Shown piece after piece: positions 34,357 to 34,888 of a stretch of 34,888 nt of DNA. The DNA comes from a virus (taxonomy: Duplodnaviria > Caudoviricetes), in the IMG/VR virus record IMGVR_UViG_3300025621_000030, positions 1 to 34,888 of that record. One strand, 5' to 3'. Below the pieces are notes generated by a model that saw only the letters and a program-made list of their open reading frames with translations, ran no database searches and was not told where the DNA came from. Every line of letters begins with the position of its first letter. Position 1 is the stretch's first letter. Position numbers and translations under genes: made by a program.

Positions 34357-34888
34357 TTATGCCGCTTCGTAAGTTACCGTTAAATAATAATCTGCTGTAC
34401 CACTCGCAATATCAGAAACATCATCAATTCCTGTATACAGATAAGTAGTATTGCTTCCTGCTAAAACTATATTAGGCGCACCTGTAATTCCAGTTGAAGA
34501 CTGACTGCCTACAAAATTAAGCAAAGAAACATTAACAACACTAAAAGGTAACCCCTGCAAATAAACAAGATTACTTGCCGTCATGCCTACTGTAGTGATG
34601 TTTATAAAATTGACAACAACCGTAACCATCCTTCCAACTTTTGTATATCTAGCATTTCTAACAGCATAACCAGACAGGTTTCCTCCTGTAGAAGCATCAG
34701 AAAGTACAGGTGTAAAAGTACCTTCTTCATAATCGTCAAGATGGTTTGCTGAACCTGTACCGCCTAGATAAGCACCGCCTGAAAGGTAGAGGTCTTTAAA
34801 ACGCTTACTACCAGAGCCAATGTTCATAAGTCCATCAGTAGCGGCATTAGTTGTCATATTGAATGGTCTAAAGTGTTCACCACCATTA
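34357..34888 (-). CDS. C-terminal tip of the tail fibre (continuation of the 4622 ORF across the circular junction)
   Basis: Same frame through the 93-bp overlap; RFKDLYLSGGAYLGGTGSANHLDDYEEGTFTP...YTKVGRMVTV fibre-tip motif. Confidence 0.85.
   Translation of the reverse strand, partial: NGGEHFRPFNMTTNAATDGLMNIGSGSKRFKDLYLSGGAYLGGTGSANHLDDYEEGTFTPVLSDASTGGNLSGYAVRNARYTKVGRMVTVVVNFINITTVGMTASNLVYLQGLPFSVVNVSLLNFVGSQSSTGITGAPNIVLAGSNTTYLYTGIDDVSDIASGTADYYLTVTYEAA

Noticed and set aside
34778-34888. End repeat as a DGR template/variable repeat, shufflon, or physical terminal repeat
   Set aside because: No reverse transcriptase or invertase; differences are not adenine-specific and fall outside the identical block; the repeat lies mid-gene, and a GpA terminase implies cos ends elsewhere.
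1-34888. Integrase/attP, tRNA genes, auxiliary metabolic genes, alternative genetic code
   Set aside because: No recombinase motifs, cloverleafs or host metabolic genes recognised by eye; genes are intact under the standard code with TAA, TAG and TGA all used as stops.

Overview
Near-complete genome of an AT-rich, lambda-like siphophage; its gene families are typical of uncultured marine phages, but the host cannot be determined. Bases 19-111 equal 34796-34888, so the contig circularises to about 34,777 bp. Almost all genes are on the minus strand. Structural order: Nu1-like terS, GpA terL, gpW-like adaptor, lambda-type portal, one ORF fusing an unknown domain + prohead protease + HK97 capsid, duplicated head-closure genes, tail terminator, tube, frameshifting chaperone, tape measure, Dit, hub, gpJ-like tip, and a ~1,680-aa modular tail fibre that spans the contig junction and is missing from the ORF track. 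Then come lysis genes, a PD-(D/E)XK endonuclease, a cytosine MTase-like gene, RecE-like exonuclease, Holliday junction resolvase, SSB and a Toprim/AAA_25 primase-helicase. A divergent 3-kb plus-strand block of tiny, often acidic ORFs lies beside the probable cos site. No integrase, CI repressor, DNA polymerase, tRNA or CRISPR was seen. Main oddities: (1) three same-orientation arrays of a 17-bp-period ATTTGC motif next to an unannotated HTH gene that itself carries the motif; (2) a candidate antisense hairpin RNA whose loop matches the RBSs of two replication-operon genes; (3) two alternative tail-fibre C-termini at the contig ends; (4) gene cassettes bounded by repeated RBS/start junctions; (5) a GNA-triloop hairpin plus CA repeats behind the primase. 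All product calls come from motif recognition and synteny, without database searches.
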